A stretch of DNA of 64,000 nt from Bilabrum cf. latius. Lineage: Eukaryota. This document shows, piece by piece, positions 13,413-24,712 of the stretch (the stretch's first letter is position 1; every line of letters begins with the position of its first letter). The stretch lies in the NCBI GenBank assembly GCA_965178125.1, contig OZ237746.1, positions 372,001 to 436,000 of the forward strand. The letters are read 5' to 3'. The notes below the pieces were generated by a model, which was not told the origin of the DNA, ran no database searches, and worked only from the letters and a program-made list of their open reading frames with translations. The position numbers and the translations under genes are program-made.

Positions 13413-16400
13413 TCACAATGCCGCGTGCAGCAGCACGTCTCGCAATGTCACCGCACCTGCCTGGCCCCCTGCAATGGACTCAACCGCTGGCAGCTCCAGC
13501 CCGTTCAGCTGAGCATCTCTTCTGCTGGCAAATGCAGCTGCCAGAGCATGTGTTCCCTGGAATGCACCATCAGCGGTGGCCGGCACCTTTGCCATCAACG
13601 TGAACTTTTTCTTCCCGTTGTCTCGACCCGACGCGCCCCTCGCACACAACGCAACCACCGTTTCAAGCATGGCAGTCGCTACCCCAAGCCGCCTCCATCC
13701 GCATGCCACCGCCATACGGGTCACCAGCAGACCGGGTGGCGAGGTGAGGGCATTGGCCTGGTTTCCCATTCTGCAATTTGCCACCGGCATCGCGGGAAGG
13801 TCCAGCGGTCTGTGCTGCGATCCATGCTCTTGCTTTGATAGCCGTCCACCTGCTGCTCCATCCAGCTTGTCTTCTGAAACAGCGCCCTCCTCCTCATCAT
13901 CTCTATCTGCATCATCATCATCGGCGCCCATCTCCTGTGCAGCCACCCAATCGTCGGCTTCATGCGGAGGCATGGCTGCTACATCGCCGGGTAGCTCAAC
14001 CGTCCTACCGCACAGCACACCCACTATGTCATCTGGGACAGTTGCCAGCGCTGTTTCGCTTCCGCTACCTGGTTTGCACGCAACTGCCACCAGCATGACG
14101 CGGCCAAGGTTCGCCCCTTCAGGCAACGTGCCGTACGTGCTCAGCAGCCCGTCGGCGTCCACTACCCTCGCCCGCTGCACCAGGTCTAACGCTGCAGCCG
14201 ACGATGTCGCCGTGCCACGGCTCTTCTCTGTATCGCCTGAACTAGCACCGTTGCTAATACTATCTAAATTCGGTTGCTCTGATGCGGTGCTGCCATGCTG
14301 CGTTCCCTGGGGTGGTACAGGTCTGTCGGCCGCAAGCACAGAATCAGCCCAGAGGTCCATGGCAGCATGAGAAACGGCAGGAAGCACGCCAAGAGCCGGC
14401 AGGGCACGCGTCTCAGTTGCTTGGGCCAACTAAGACGGTTGCTCACCCTCTGCCGCAGGACTTGGGGCCTCACCATCGTGGACCTGTGCTGGTTCTGCCA
14501 GGGACAGACGGAGGGCATCCTAAGCTGCCTGGGCATAGTGGTGCTGCCCGCCAGGCTCCACCCAGCCTACTACACATGATCCATGGATCTAGCAGGGCGT
14601 GCTGCTGCTGCTTGAATCTCCGACTAGCTCGCCGGTAGATCCCCGCAGCGTGCTTCGCGCGTCTCCAGCCACAGTCGATTTCCGCTTGCGCCGCACCAGC
14701 ATGATGGCGATCCTACGACCTCCATCATGGCCGCGCTTGTTAGATGGCTATTCTTCGCTACTTGTATCGCCGTGCGTGCTGCTGCTGGTGGCACTATTCA
14801 GCTTCTTGGCGGCTTTCCTCACTTCCTTGTCCGTTGGCTCGGACGGTGCGCCTCGTTCCGTGAGAGCCTCCCACAGCCCCATGACCAGAGGCAGAGCCAG
14901 CGGAATGGCTGCCGGCAGGAACATGGTGTGGTACCCCTGTGCTTCCATGGCTGGCCGGTGGGTCACACCGGGGTGGATCGACGCAGCTTCGGCCTACCAA
15001 GCCGCAAGGGTGAGCAGGGCATCTGCTTCCGCTCCATTGGAAATGCCCCTGTTCGTCTGCTGCTCGAGATCCGCCCACGAGTCGAGTGTGCGCGCAGCCT
15101 CTTCCCACGCCTGGTCCACCTCGCGCGTGGCATCGGTCCACTGGTCGGTGGCCACAGCCAGGGCAGCATCGGCTGCCAGCCAGAGGGACGCGAGCCTCGC
15201 CAGGCGACCGCCAGCCCGCAGGCCAGCCATCTCCAAGGCCGTGAGATCGTCCACTGCGATGGACACGTCGTTGCCCCGACTGCTTGCCTTGCTTTTGGCA
15301 GCTGCACCCGACGCATCGCTGCCAGCACCAAACCCAAGTGCGCGGCATACCGCCAGGCCTGCGGCACCAGCAGGAAGCACATCCTCACTCGGATGCCGAC
15401 TGTCCTTGAAGCCAGGATCACCTACCACGGACATAAAAGTCCCATGCGCAAGCACATTCGCACACGCAGCCTCGAAGGAGCCGGGCCTGGCTTCCGTGGT
15501 GACCACGCCGCACACCCCATCCTGCTCATGGAACTGTTCCCTGGTTCCACCGCTGGATCCCTTGCCCCCTTTGCCCTCTCTCGCCTAGCGCAGGGCCACC
15601 ATCAGCGGCAGCCCGTCACCCAGCGTGCCCGTCGCGGCATTCGATTCGACCACGTCACCCAGCCACGCAGCCATCCCAAGGGGCATTTCGGGTTCGGCTG
15701 CATCGACGCCCGCGACCCCTAGAAGCGAATGCGCGGCGCCTCCATCTCCTGCGGAACCAGCCTCCAGGAGACCCTCCAGCATGGCGGACCCGATATCTCC
15801 ACCGCGAGCACCTGCACGCAGACCCACCAGGGCTGGGGTGGCGCCTGCAGGGGCGCATTGGGTAGGCAGGCGAATCAAAGCGCCACCATGGGCATTGTTG
15901 CGTGCAGCACGTGGAGCAACACCGTCCGTATTTTTGGCGCGATGCTGTTCGGGCACGGCCACGACGCTAGACTCCAGCTCCGTGCCGGTGGGCAGCCCAA
16001 GCATGCGCCGGGCGCCATCGTGCACTGCACGCTCGTACTGCCGCAGGAGCCCAACGTGCGCGCTGGCAGCCGATCCCATCTCGTCATTGCACTCGTCACA
16101 CATCAAGCACTCGTCACACCCATTTAGCACGCTCACCGTGTCGAGGTCGCCCACCGCAACCGAAGTGGACCCAGCCATGCCCACAGCGGCAAGCGCGGAC
16201 TGCAGCTGGGCCCCCGCTCGAACGCACTCGTCACAGGACGTTACCGCGCTAAATTCTTTGATAGACTCATTATTTCCGCGCGGGCTCCTATCTCCGGGCC
16301 CCACGAATAGCAGGGGCTGGCGGGCATCAGCGGATGGGACCACGAGCAGGTGCCTGAAGAGGCGGCGGCGGTGCGCGGGCTCCGCACTCGTCACACCTCC

Positions 16401-17441
16401 TTGCCCGAACGGGGTCCACTGCCACAGGGCCCGGTCATCGTCCGGGGCGCTGCCGCCCCTGGACGCGTGCAGGAAGGCAGACTCGGCGGCCTCCGGAGGC
16501 AGCACCCAGCCCAGGGGGGAAGGGGTGCTTCGCTCGTTGCATGGACCGCGGTCAGCAGAAGAAGTGGGAGAGTGATTATGATGAGGACTTGATCCCTATC
16601 CCTAGGTTGCGTTGTTGTCCCTGGGCTTCAGGGCCTCCGACTCACCCTCGCTGATGGCACCGCCCGCTGGACCGGCGTCGGTGCCGGCCGCATCGCCGCT
16701 CGTGACGCATGCATTTTTGCCCTATTGTGCCCCCATTGAAAACGCCCGCATGCTTCCGATAGCGCCTCCTACCTGCACATGAGGCCGGGATGCGCTGATT
16801 CCGAGTCCTGATGCCACAGCTGCTGCCTCCAGCAGGTGCTCCGTGCGAGCAGGAAGCAGCTGCTCAGGGGCCGGGTCGAGGAACCGATTGCTCCCCGCAG
16901 CGTCGTTGTCAAGGTGCATAATTGACACAGACATCATGCGAGAGAGTGCGCCAAGCCTCCATATCCGGCTGGCAGCGGCAAATCTCGCGCCAATTGCCCG
17001 GACGCCGTCAAGCAAGCCTGCCACTGCTCCGGCTGATCCGATCGTGGCAGAGCACGGCACAGCAATAACCACTTCGTCTGACTCATTTACGTAAATGGTT
17101 GGCATGTATGTCAGGCTGTCGTGCCCCGGAATAAGTACAACCGCTGCCAGGACAGCTGAACCAGCCGCTTTGGCAGAGCTAGTGCTAGGCTTGGTCAAAC
17201 TGCGGTTGAGTCCGGCAGCCAGCTGAACACAAACAATATCACTTGCTGGCGCAGCTTCCACCGTGCCGATGCGTACAAAGGGAGCGGATGCATAGAATTG
17301 GGATGCAACTTTCGACTTGACGTGCAGAAGGGGACCAACAAGCTACGCCTTCTGCGCCAAAAGATCTGAACTTATCCCTAGTATCAGCAATACTGTGATG
17401 AACACCGAAAGAAGGGCATATATACGAGACTTCCACTCCAT
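13413..17441 (-). CDS. PIG-S-like GPI transamidase subunit continuing in frame into a GNAT-acetyltransferase-like region (~1340 aa)
   Basis: One frame with 10 TAGs, ending in TGA. N-terminal TM IYALLSVFITVLLILGI. PIG-S-like blocks: HLLVVPSADARQPLLF, RRMLGLP, LTALEMAGL..RLARLASL, AEAASIHP..YHTMFLPAAIPLALPLVMGLWEAL. Downstream GNAT motif A-like VTRMAVACGWRRLGVATAMLE. Confidence 0.6.
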
Positions 17442-18166
17442 GCGGGCCTGCACTGTGCAGTATAGCCACATCCGAATTTCGGTGGGGTCTCTCGAATCGA
17501 CTCCGAATCCTTCGCAGTATAGTAACGTGTACTTACGGCTATCCTCGGCAAACGCTGCTGGAAGCATTCAACACCCCTTCCAGGCTCTATCTAGAAGCAC
17601 ATTGTTTCGTAATGCCTGGTAAATTTGGAGGATTCAAGCCCCCGAAGGTTCCTAAGCACATCTGGTACCTAGCGAATGCGGGAGCCGTCTTCTTCTGGTC
17701 TTGGAGCTTCTACCTAAGCATCGACAACGGGGCATACAAGCTTGTGAGAAGCAGTTGCCAATCGTATAAAGACTATATTGTGTCCTAATTTGATCTGCAA
17801 GTGAACACCCTTTTCTGGTCCACCTCCTAATCGCCTGCCCATGCACGCAGTCGATGCGATTGCCGTTCATAGACCACGATGCTCCGCCGGAGTACGTTCT
17901 CAAGCACCAGACAAAGTACTTGGACCCGCCCACAGAAGGAAAGTTTGCGCCGAGCTAGCCGTACGAGGCAGGCAGATAGTGATTTGACAGATATAGGCGT
18001 ATTATGTTTTAGTTTTGTCTTGCCACGAATTCGATGCAGCAGCCCGTCATGTTTCGAATGAATGCAATGAAGTGGAGTAAACCTTACCACGGACAAGTCA
18101 TCTATCGCACTGCGGGTGCCCCAAAATGGGAGGAGCGGCAATTCCAAATCTGCGCCTAATCCCGAA

Positions 18167-18913
18167 TCAACTCTCCTTCTCTCCCATCGCCGCGGCCGCC
18201 GCCAAATCTGCCGCGCCGGGCTCAAGACTAGGATCAGCCGCCTCTCCATCGGCCCCTGATTTATCCGCTGTTGTCCCCTCCGCGCCGCCCGCGCCCGCCC
18301 CTGATGCAGCGTCCGAAGCCACAGCGCCAGCCGCGTCAGGCGTCGCCACCGCAGCAGCCGCCCCCGAGCCCCCACCGCCCGCAATCTTGGGTGCCGTCCC
18401 AGGAGGCCCAGACATGTCCTCGAAGGACAGATCAAGCCCGAAATCCTCGTCCCTCAGCTTGCAGTGCATCTCCCAACCGTCCTCCCCATCGCCGTAGTAG
18501 CTAACCTCCAGCTTGTGGCGCTCGAACTTGAGGGAGCGCTCGTACAGGGTGCGGGCGGCTCGGTTACTTTCTCGTACGTGCAAAGAGCAGTACAGTGCTT
18601 TGTATACCTCTCGCATCGATCGCATGCTTGCTTTCATCAGCCGTCCAGCCAATCCCTGCTTGCGGTACGTTCGTGCAACAGCCAGCGAGGTGATGTGACC
18701 ATGAATCTTCTCAGCATTTCTTTCATCGTCTACCTTGGCAAGAACGTACCCTACGCACCGACCGAACCTGTCTTCAGCAATCTTGCTGATGTGCGGCCAG
18801 CCGGTAAGATGGTACAGCCAGTATCGCGTGTTGTAATTTTCTGGCAGGCAAAGCACATTAGTCGATGTCATCGCTAATATGTCTTCAATATTAGCATCTC
18901 GAATGGATACCAT
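18167..18913 (-). CDS. NAA10: N-alpha-acetyltransferase 10 (ARD1), NatA catalytic subunit
   Basis: NVLCLPENY..YWLYHLTGWP, VGYVLAKV, HGHITSLAVARTYRKQGLA, SLHVRESNRAA..LY, YYGDGED. Ends in TGA. Confidence 0.96.
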   Translation of the reverse strand: MVSIRDANIEDILAMTSTNVLCLPENYNTRYWLYHLTGWPHISKIAEDRFGRCVGYVLAKVDDERNAEKIHGHITSLAVARTYRKQGLAGRLMKASMRSMREVYKALYCSLHVRESNRAARTLYERSLKFERHKLEVSYYGDGEDGWEMHCKLRDEDFGLDLSFEDMSGPPGTAPKIAGGGGSGAAAAVATPDAAGAVASDAASGAGAGGAEGTTADKSGADGEAADPSLEPGAADLAAAAAMGEKES

Positions 18914-19042
18914 GAGCTACGAATGTCGAGAAATAAGCAAATAAGCTTACAGGGAAATCGAACTTTGCTTGCCAGTGAAGAACGTTCGCCCGACGAGAAA
19001 TCACGAACTAGGAGTTGGGGGCCTACAGTGTGACAGGGCGTA

Positions 19043-21286
19043 ATGGAAATCAAGCAAGGATCTAGCATATTTAAGAGAGCTACATCTGAGTCACGGAATG
19101 TGCGTCATGGGTCTGCTATACGTCCAACGGCAGGAGCTGGCCTATCATTCGGTCGTGCAGCGAAGGGAGTGCCCCCTCTTGTCCTCGGTCCTGGGCTTGA
19201 ATGGTCAACCACATCCCTTTCCAAAACGTACCCCCTATAGGGTGATATTACGTACATCAGCGATAGTCTGACCGCAGATGGCCTCTGCAGCCTCGTGCAT
19301 CTGGTGGCTGTCGCGTGCAGTTCTGGCTGCGAGATTGTCATCGGTGCCGTGCGCCACGACGAGGAATTCTACAGGCAGGTGTTCCGCAGGATGGGAATCG
19401 AGATCTAGCTGTCGAAGATGGCCGCCGAGAAGCCGGGTGCAGAGCTGCGAGCCTCCGAACGAGCCTTGCCCTCTACGCGGCCAGCCTTCCCAGCGGGCCC
19501 GCTGCCGGGCCAAGGGCCCGTTTCCAATCCTGCGGACCCCATGGCGGCCCTTCTTGCGCAGGCTAAGGCCCAGGTGCGCCCACCTAGTCTGCCTAGTGGC
19601 GCAGCAACGGCTGGCGGTGGCCCGCCGGGCTCGTCAGACGCGCAGTCTGCGACGGCAGCCGCACAGGATCCTACGGGCGCAGCTAGTGGTTCTTCACTCG
19701 TCACGCCATCTACTCAGACCAAGGGTACCATCCGTGTGGTGGATCTGGGCGAGCATTTCGAGCGGGCCGGGGACGAGGCTGTGCTCGCTTTTTAGTAGCC
19801 TGAGTGTGGAGGGACAGGAGCAGGGTCCACGGGTGGGTTGGCGAGTACCAGTGGGACTGCATCTGGGACTGCATCTGATGCTGCTTTTAGTGCGGGTGCA
19901 GGGTCAGGATCAGGGTCAGGATCAGGGTCAGGGTCAGGATCAGCATCAGGGTCATTGGCCGGTCCTTCTGCCGCTCCCCAGCCTCATCACCGCCACGCCG
20001 CCTCCAGGGCAGAGAGCATGCGGGTGGCCCAGGAAGTTGCGACCAAGGCCATCGAGCAGCTGCTCGAGAACCCTGCTGGCCTCCCCGCGCGCCGCACCGG
20101 CACCCGCACCCGTCCTCGGATCCTCGCTGTCGATGACGTGAGCCTTCTGGCTGACCTGTGCGGCAGCCACGAGCCGGGCATCCGACTGGTCAGCCAGCTG
20201 AGCGAGGCCGTGAGGCTGGGGCGGTGGATGCCCGAGGGTGACGAGTGCGAGGTGTGCCTTGCCTCCGATGCTGGCAAAGCAGCGGCAGGCACCGGCACCG
20301 CTGACGGCACACAGGGTTCATCGGCGACTGGCCCTGGGACTGGGACTGGTACTAGAACTGGAACTTAGGCGGGTGGAGCCGATGGCTTAGACACGCGAGT
20401 GGACGGGCTGGTGCTGCTCGGCCACAGAGGTCCCCCCCTCACCGAGCCGGTGAGCGACATGGCAGCAGAGGCAGCGGCGGAGGATATCGGGGCTGCCTTC
20501 GCAGAGGGTCTCCCCAAAGCTCTAAAGCAGCAGGGGAAGGCGCAGGGGCACGGGCAGTCAGGGAAGTACGCTTCTAACTCTGTGTTAGGACTCGATGGGA
20601 CTCTCCGTGAGATCGTCGCCACATCGGCGGCGGCCGCCGCTGTCACTGCAGCCAGTGCTTCGGTGGGAATCGGCGGAGACACCGCGCCTGCGCTTCCATT
20701 CGGAGCCAGAATACCCGGCGGTGCGAGAGGCATTGCCATTGGCTCAGCCACCAGTGGGACTGGCAGTGGCTCCGCATCTAGCGCGGCACCGCCGGACCGG
20801 GGCCCCGAGCAGCAGCAAGTGCCCGAGAGCGAGCACCGCATGAGCGAGCACAAGCAGCAGCTGCACCAGCACCAGAAGCAAGTGCCCGAGCCCATAGTGC
20901 TCGCCGGGCCGCCTGCTGGCAGCAGCTGGCGCGGAGGCCTAGACGCTGGTATCGATGGCCACGCGGGTGGTGTGGAGGCCTGGGCTGCCTCTGAGGCCAC
21001 TGTGCACCTGTGGGTTCGGCCCATGCCGTCAGGGCAGTCAAGGGAGTTTGACGGGCTGATTGCGGGGGAGAGGCATTCTTGCGGGTGGGACCACGCTTCG
21101 AGAGAGGTTTGCAGGGGGAATGGAGGGGTGGTGCCGGGGCTCGGGGTGATGCGGCAGGCGCTGTTTAGCGCCCGTGAGGGGGTGGTGCAGCTGGCTCAGT
21201 CTGGGTTCGATAGGGTCTCCAGAGGTGGGGGGGCAGCGGGACGGACCGCGGTGGCAGAAGCAGCCTCTGGTCAACTAGGAACATAA
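19043..21286 (+). CDS. Elongator subunit ELP6-like protein with long low-complexity insertions
   Basis: One frame through TAGs at 19238, 19406, 19793, 19796 and 20366, ending in TAA. Motifs YISDSLTADG, FYRQVFRRMGI, ILAVDDVSLL, LVLLGH and VHLWVRPMPSGQSREFDGLI resemble ELP6 RecA-like blocks. Confidence 0.62.
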
Positions 21287-21455
21287 TCTCTCGACGTCTA
21301 TACCTTACGGTTTGACTTGGCTTTAGGAGCAATTCTGTAAATAGGGAAAATGCGGTTTTTATTGAAACATCACCGTACCGACCAACGGGAGAGTTTGTAT
21401 TCCGTTCGCGGGCGCTGGGTAGCAGAACCATATTTCGTTACATAGGTTATTCACG

Positions 21456-22850
21456 ATGCACGTGCAGCTGCAGAACGTCGGCGACAAGTCTCACTACATG
21501 AGAATTACCAGCTCTGGCGAGCTTGATGGCTGCGGTGGCGGCGGAAAGTGGTGTGTGAGGCTTGAACTTGACAAAGATCGTGGCATGAACAGGGCCGCAT
21601 TCGCGAGCCACTGAGCGTACGTGGATCAGTTTCATCATTTGTGCGCACTGAATGTATGATTTTAATAGCACTACGGTGCTTGTATTCGAGAAAATAAAGG
21701 ATGCAAGCGGTACCAGCATGCCACGTTGAGTGGCCTTCCTGCGCAGATCATGCCGCCACTGAGCGGGGATGCAGGTTTTGAGCTTTTATGAATGTACTGC
21801 ACCATTGTCTCAACATGGTCGACATAGTTCATGTTGCTGCATGGTTGTGGTTGATTGCCTAGATTGTCTTGGCTCCGAGGTTGACGTGGCGTGCCACCCC
21901 GCACCACTCTTCTCTTCGCTCACGCTGAGGGCTAAATGGAAGAGCGCACACGCCTCCAAATGCTTTCTGTAAAGCCTATATATTTTATTGAATTATTCTC
22001 TGTCGCACGCTCGCAGGACTTCAAGGTGATCAACAAGGGCGACGGCATCGTGAACCTGCAGTCGAACGAGCTGGGCGCCAAGGCCGGCAACGAGCGCTTC
22101 CACATCGGCGGCCAGGACGACCACTCTATCAAGGACCCTTCCGAGACCGGCCGCGGCGGCGCCGGCTCGTGGCAGGTGTACCGCTGCGATGGAGAGGAGG
22201 GCGAGCCCAAGAAGTGCACCGGTGACAACCCCCTGCACAAGGCAGGCACGTACATCTTCCAGTCCGTGAAGGGCGGCAAGAACCTTCGCATCAAGGACAG
22301 CGGGGCCGTGGATTGCGGCGGCGGCAACGGCAAGTGGGCCAGGTTTAAGGTCCACCTCGGGGGCAGCAGCGGCGGCAGCGGCGGCGGCTCCTCCTCTGGG
22401 CGCACCCGCAAGGTGAAGATCCAGTCCAGGAAGCACGACGGCTACCTGCGCATCACCCCCAGCGGCGAGGTGAACGGCGAGGGAACTGGCGGCACCCAGA
22501 CTGTGTTCATCGTGCACAACCACGGGGGCGGTGAGGTCAGCCTCCAGTCGGAGAGGCTGGCAAGGGAGAAGGACTCGGAGCGGTACCACATCGGTGGCAC
22601 CGCGGACTGCGAGGTCAAGGATCCCGCAGCGACCGGCCGCGGGACGGCCGGTACCTGGCAGGTGTACCGGTGCGATGGGGACAGCGACGAGCCGCACAAG
22701 TGCACGGGCGCGGACCCCTTGCACAGGGAGGGCATCTACATCTTCAAGAGCAAGGCCGGCGGCAAGCACCTGCGCATCAAGCCTGACAAGTCGGTCGATG
22801 TGGAGGGCGGCACCGGCAGCCAGACCCGCCTCAACGTGACACATGCTTGA
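21456..22850 (+). CDS. 310-aa protein of two ~150-aa beta-trefoil (fascin/actin-crosslinking-like) repeats; intron 21555-22016
   Basis: Exon 1 MHVQLQNVGDKSHYMRITSSGELDGCGGGGKWC supplies the segment matching repeat 2 (KVKIQSRKHDGYLRITPSGEVNGEGTGGTQT). The GTGAGG..TCGCAG intron is phase 0. Strong C/G third-position bias, ends in TGA. The fold is inferred. Confidence 0.8.
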
Positions 22851-23040
22851 TTCTGGCTCCTCGCCACATACATGGGAACTCGGGGGTTGGCTGCTCACAC
22901 AATTTAACTCTGGGCGGACTCTTGATCGCTGATCGGCTGAAAAGAATAAATAGCAAAAGACTAACATTGGACTGACTGCGTGTGCTCATTTTCTGAGAAA
23001 TATCCACAAACACATGAATCCACGACACGATTTCCGAACG

Positions 23041-24402
23041 TTACCGCTCTATTTGCGAGCCCTGCTCCCTTTGAAACAGCCCCACCAGCCATTCCCAGCA
23101 TCCCATGATCAAGTGATTATGATCATCGATTTCGTGCGCCGCGATTCCGTGCGCGGTCGGATTTAGCCTGCCCCTCTTCCAGTCGCTCGGCCGGTAGGTC
23201 GCGTCCACGGCCTGCTGGCCTTGTGAGGTCGGCGACAGCACGGATGGGCGACGGAGCCGCTGCGGCCTTCTCGGGCCCGGCCCCATGTACCCTTTCAGCA
23301 TCGATCGTTTCTTCGGTGAAGCCGACGAGTCAAGGTGCTGCTCGTCTTGACCGGATCGCAGCATGGCCTGCACCAGGCTGCCGGAGGTCCCGGACGCTCC
23401 CGTCCCCGCGCCCCCTCCTGCTCGCGTGTCATCATGATCCTGCGCTGCATTACCAGTCGATTCAGAGGCAGGGTCGGTCTACAACGCTCCTGAATCGGCT
23501 GGGATTGAGCCTTCCGCGGTGGCTTGGTGCCCCACCTCGACCTCTTCCTCACCATCAGGGCCTACTGACTGGGGCTGCGCGATGATGTCGGGCTCGCTCG
23601 CCCCGTCTATGGCAAGGTCGTCAGAGCTCTCGCTACCCCAGTCGCTGCCCATGTCGGGGCTAGCCCCGTCCTGCTGCCGGACCAGCACTCCCGGGCTTAC
23701 CAGGCTGGGAAGCGAACCGCGGATCTCCGTGGCCGTGCTCGGTTCCGAGCTCGACGGAGCTTCTTCGTGCGACGGCATGCCTGCAGCGCTGGTTCCTTCC
23801 GTATTGTTAATTTCATGCTATACTTCCACTAACTCTGGTATTGCCGGCGGAATGCTAGCCGGTGGCAATCCGACCGCTGGAATTCGCGGCCCTGCTCGCC
23901 CGCGAGCACTTGCCTGCCTTACCTATTGCAACTGATTCTCCCTTGTTGACTGAGTATTGTGCGGCTCGCGTCTGTTTGCACGCAATGGGCCTGAGCCAGT
24001 CTCCATGCGTGTGGCAGCCAGGCGGTGCGCGCGGGTGCTTGCCGGCGGCAGCTTTAGCACCGGACCTTCGTTTGATTTGCTTCCCACTGATGATGCATGC
24101 ACAGCAAGCTACTTCACTTGAATATTTCTGGGTTCAGCACGCCCCTAGCCGCTTTGGTCGCCTGCCAATGGGGCTATTGCTGCCCTTGTCTCTGTTGCTC
24201 GTTGACCACGCAGCCGATCCAGCTCCAGCTGTAGCCCGGCTTTGTGCAGTGCTTCAAAAGCAGGATTCTTCGGATAATATGCCGGGCCTTCCTATACCTA
24301 TGAGTTTGCGAACATCTTGATGCCTGGCTTGTAGTACGCATACCCCCCTGAACTGAGCTGAGCGTCGGTGACGGACTCATAGCCGGTTTCGCTCGCCTGC
24401 AT
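23041..24402 (-). CDS. Hypothetical protein (~450 aa, mostly disordered)
   Basis: Continuous frame through 7 TAGs from ATG 24402 to TAA 23043-23041. Confidence 0.6.
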
Positions 24403-24712
24403 GCCGAGCCGTGACTGTCTTTGACAAGCTGGAAATCGATCTAAAAAAACCAGTGGCGAGCTAGCGCTGTGAAGGGATCGTGGCTGTTGCAGTTGGACCC
24501 GAGAGCGAGTAGAGCGCGAGTTGCGCTCGCCGCCGGCGGCGGCGCTAGAAATCGCGATGTGACGAATGGGCCACAAAACTTGCGACCAACTCGTTCCAGT
24601 GCGGCCGAACCCTTTGCGCCACGCGGGCAAGAACGAAGTGCTGCAGGAGATGCGGCAGAGTTCATCTGTTGCGGACAATATCCACTTCAGCTCGGCTTAG
24701 GGCCATGCAGAG

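Noticed and set aside
21447-21719. Minus-strand 90-aa ORF and the listed start at 21936
   Set aside because: The first is antisense to exon 1 of the beta-trefoil gene, and the second lies in its intron.
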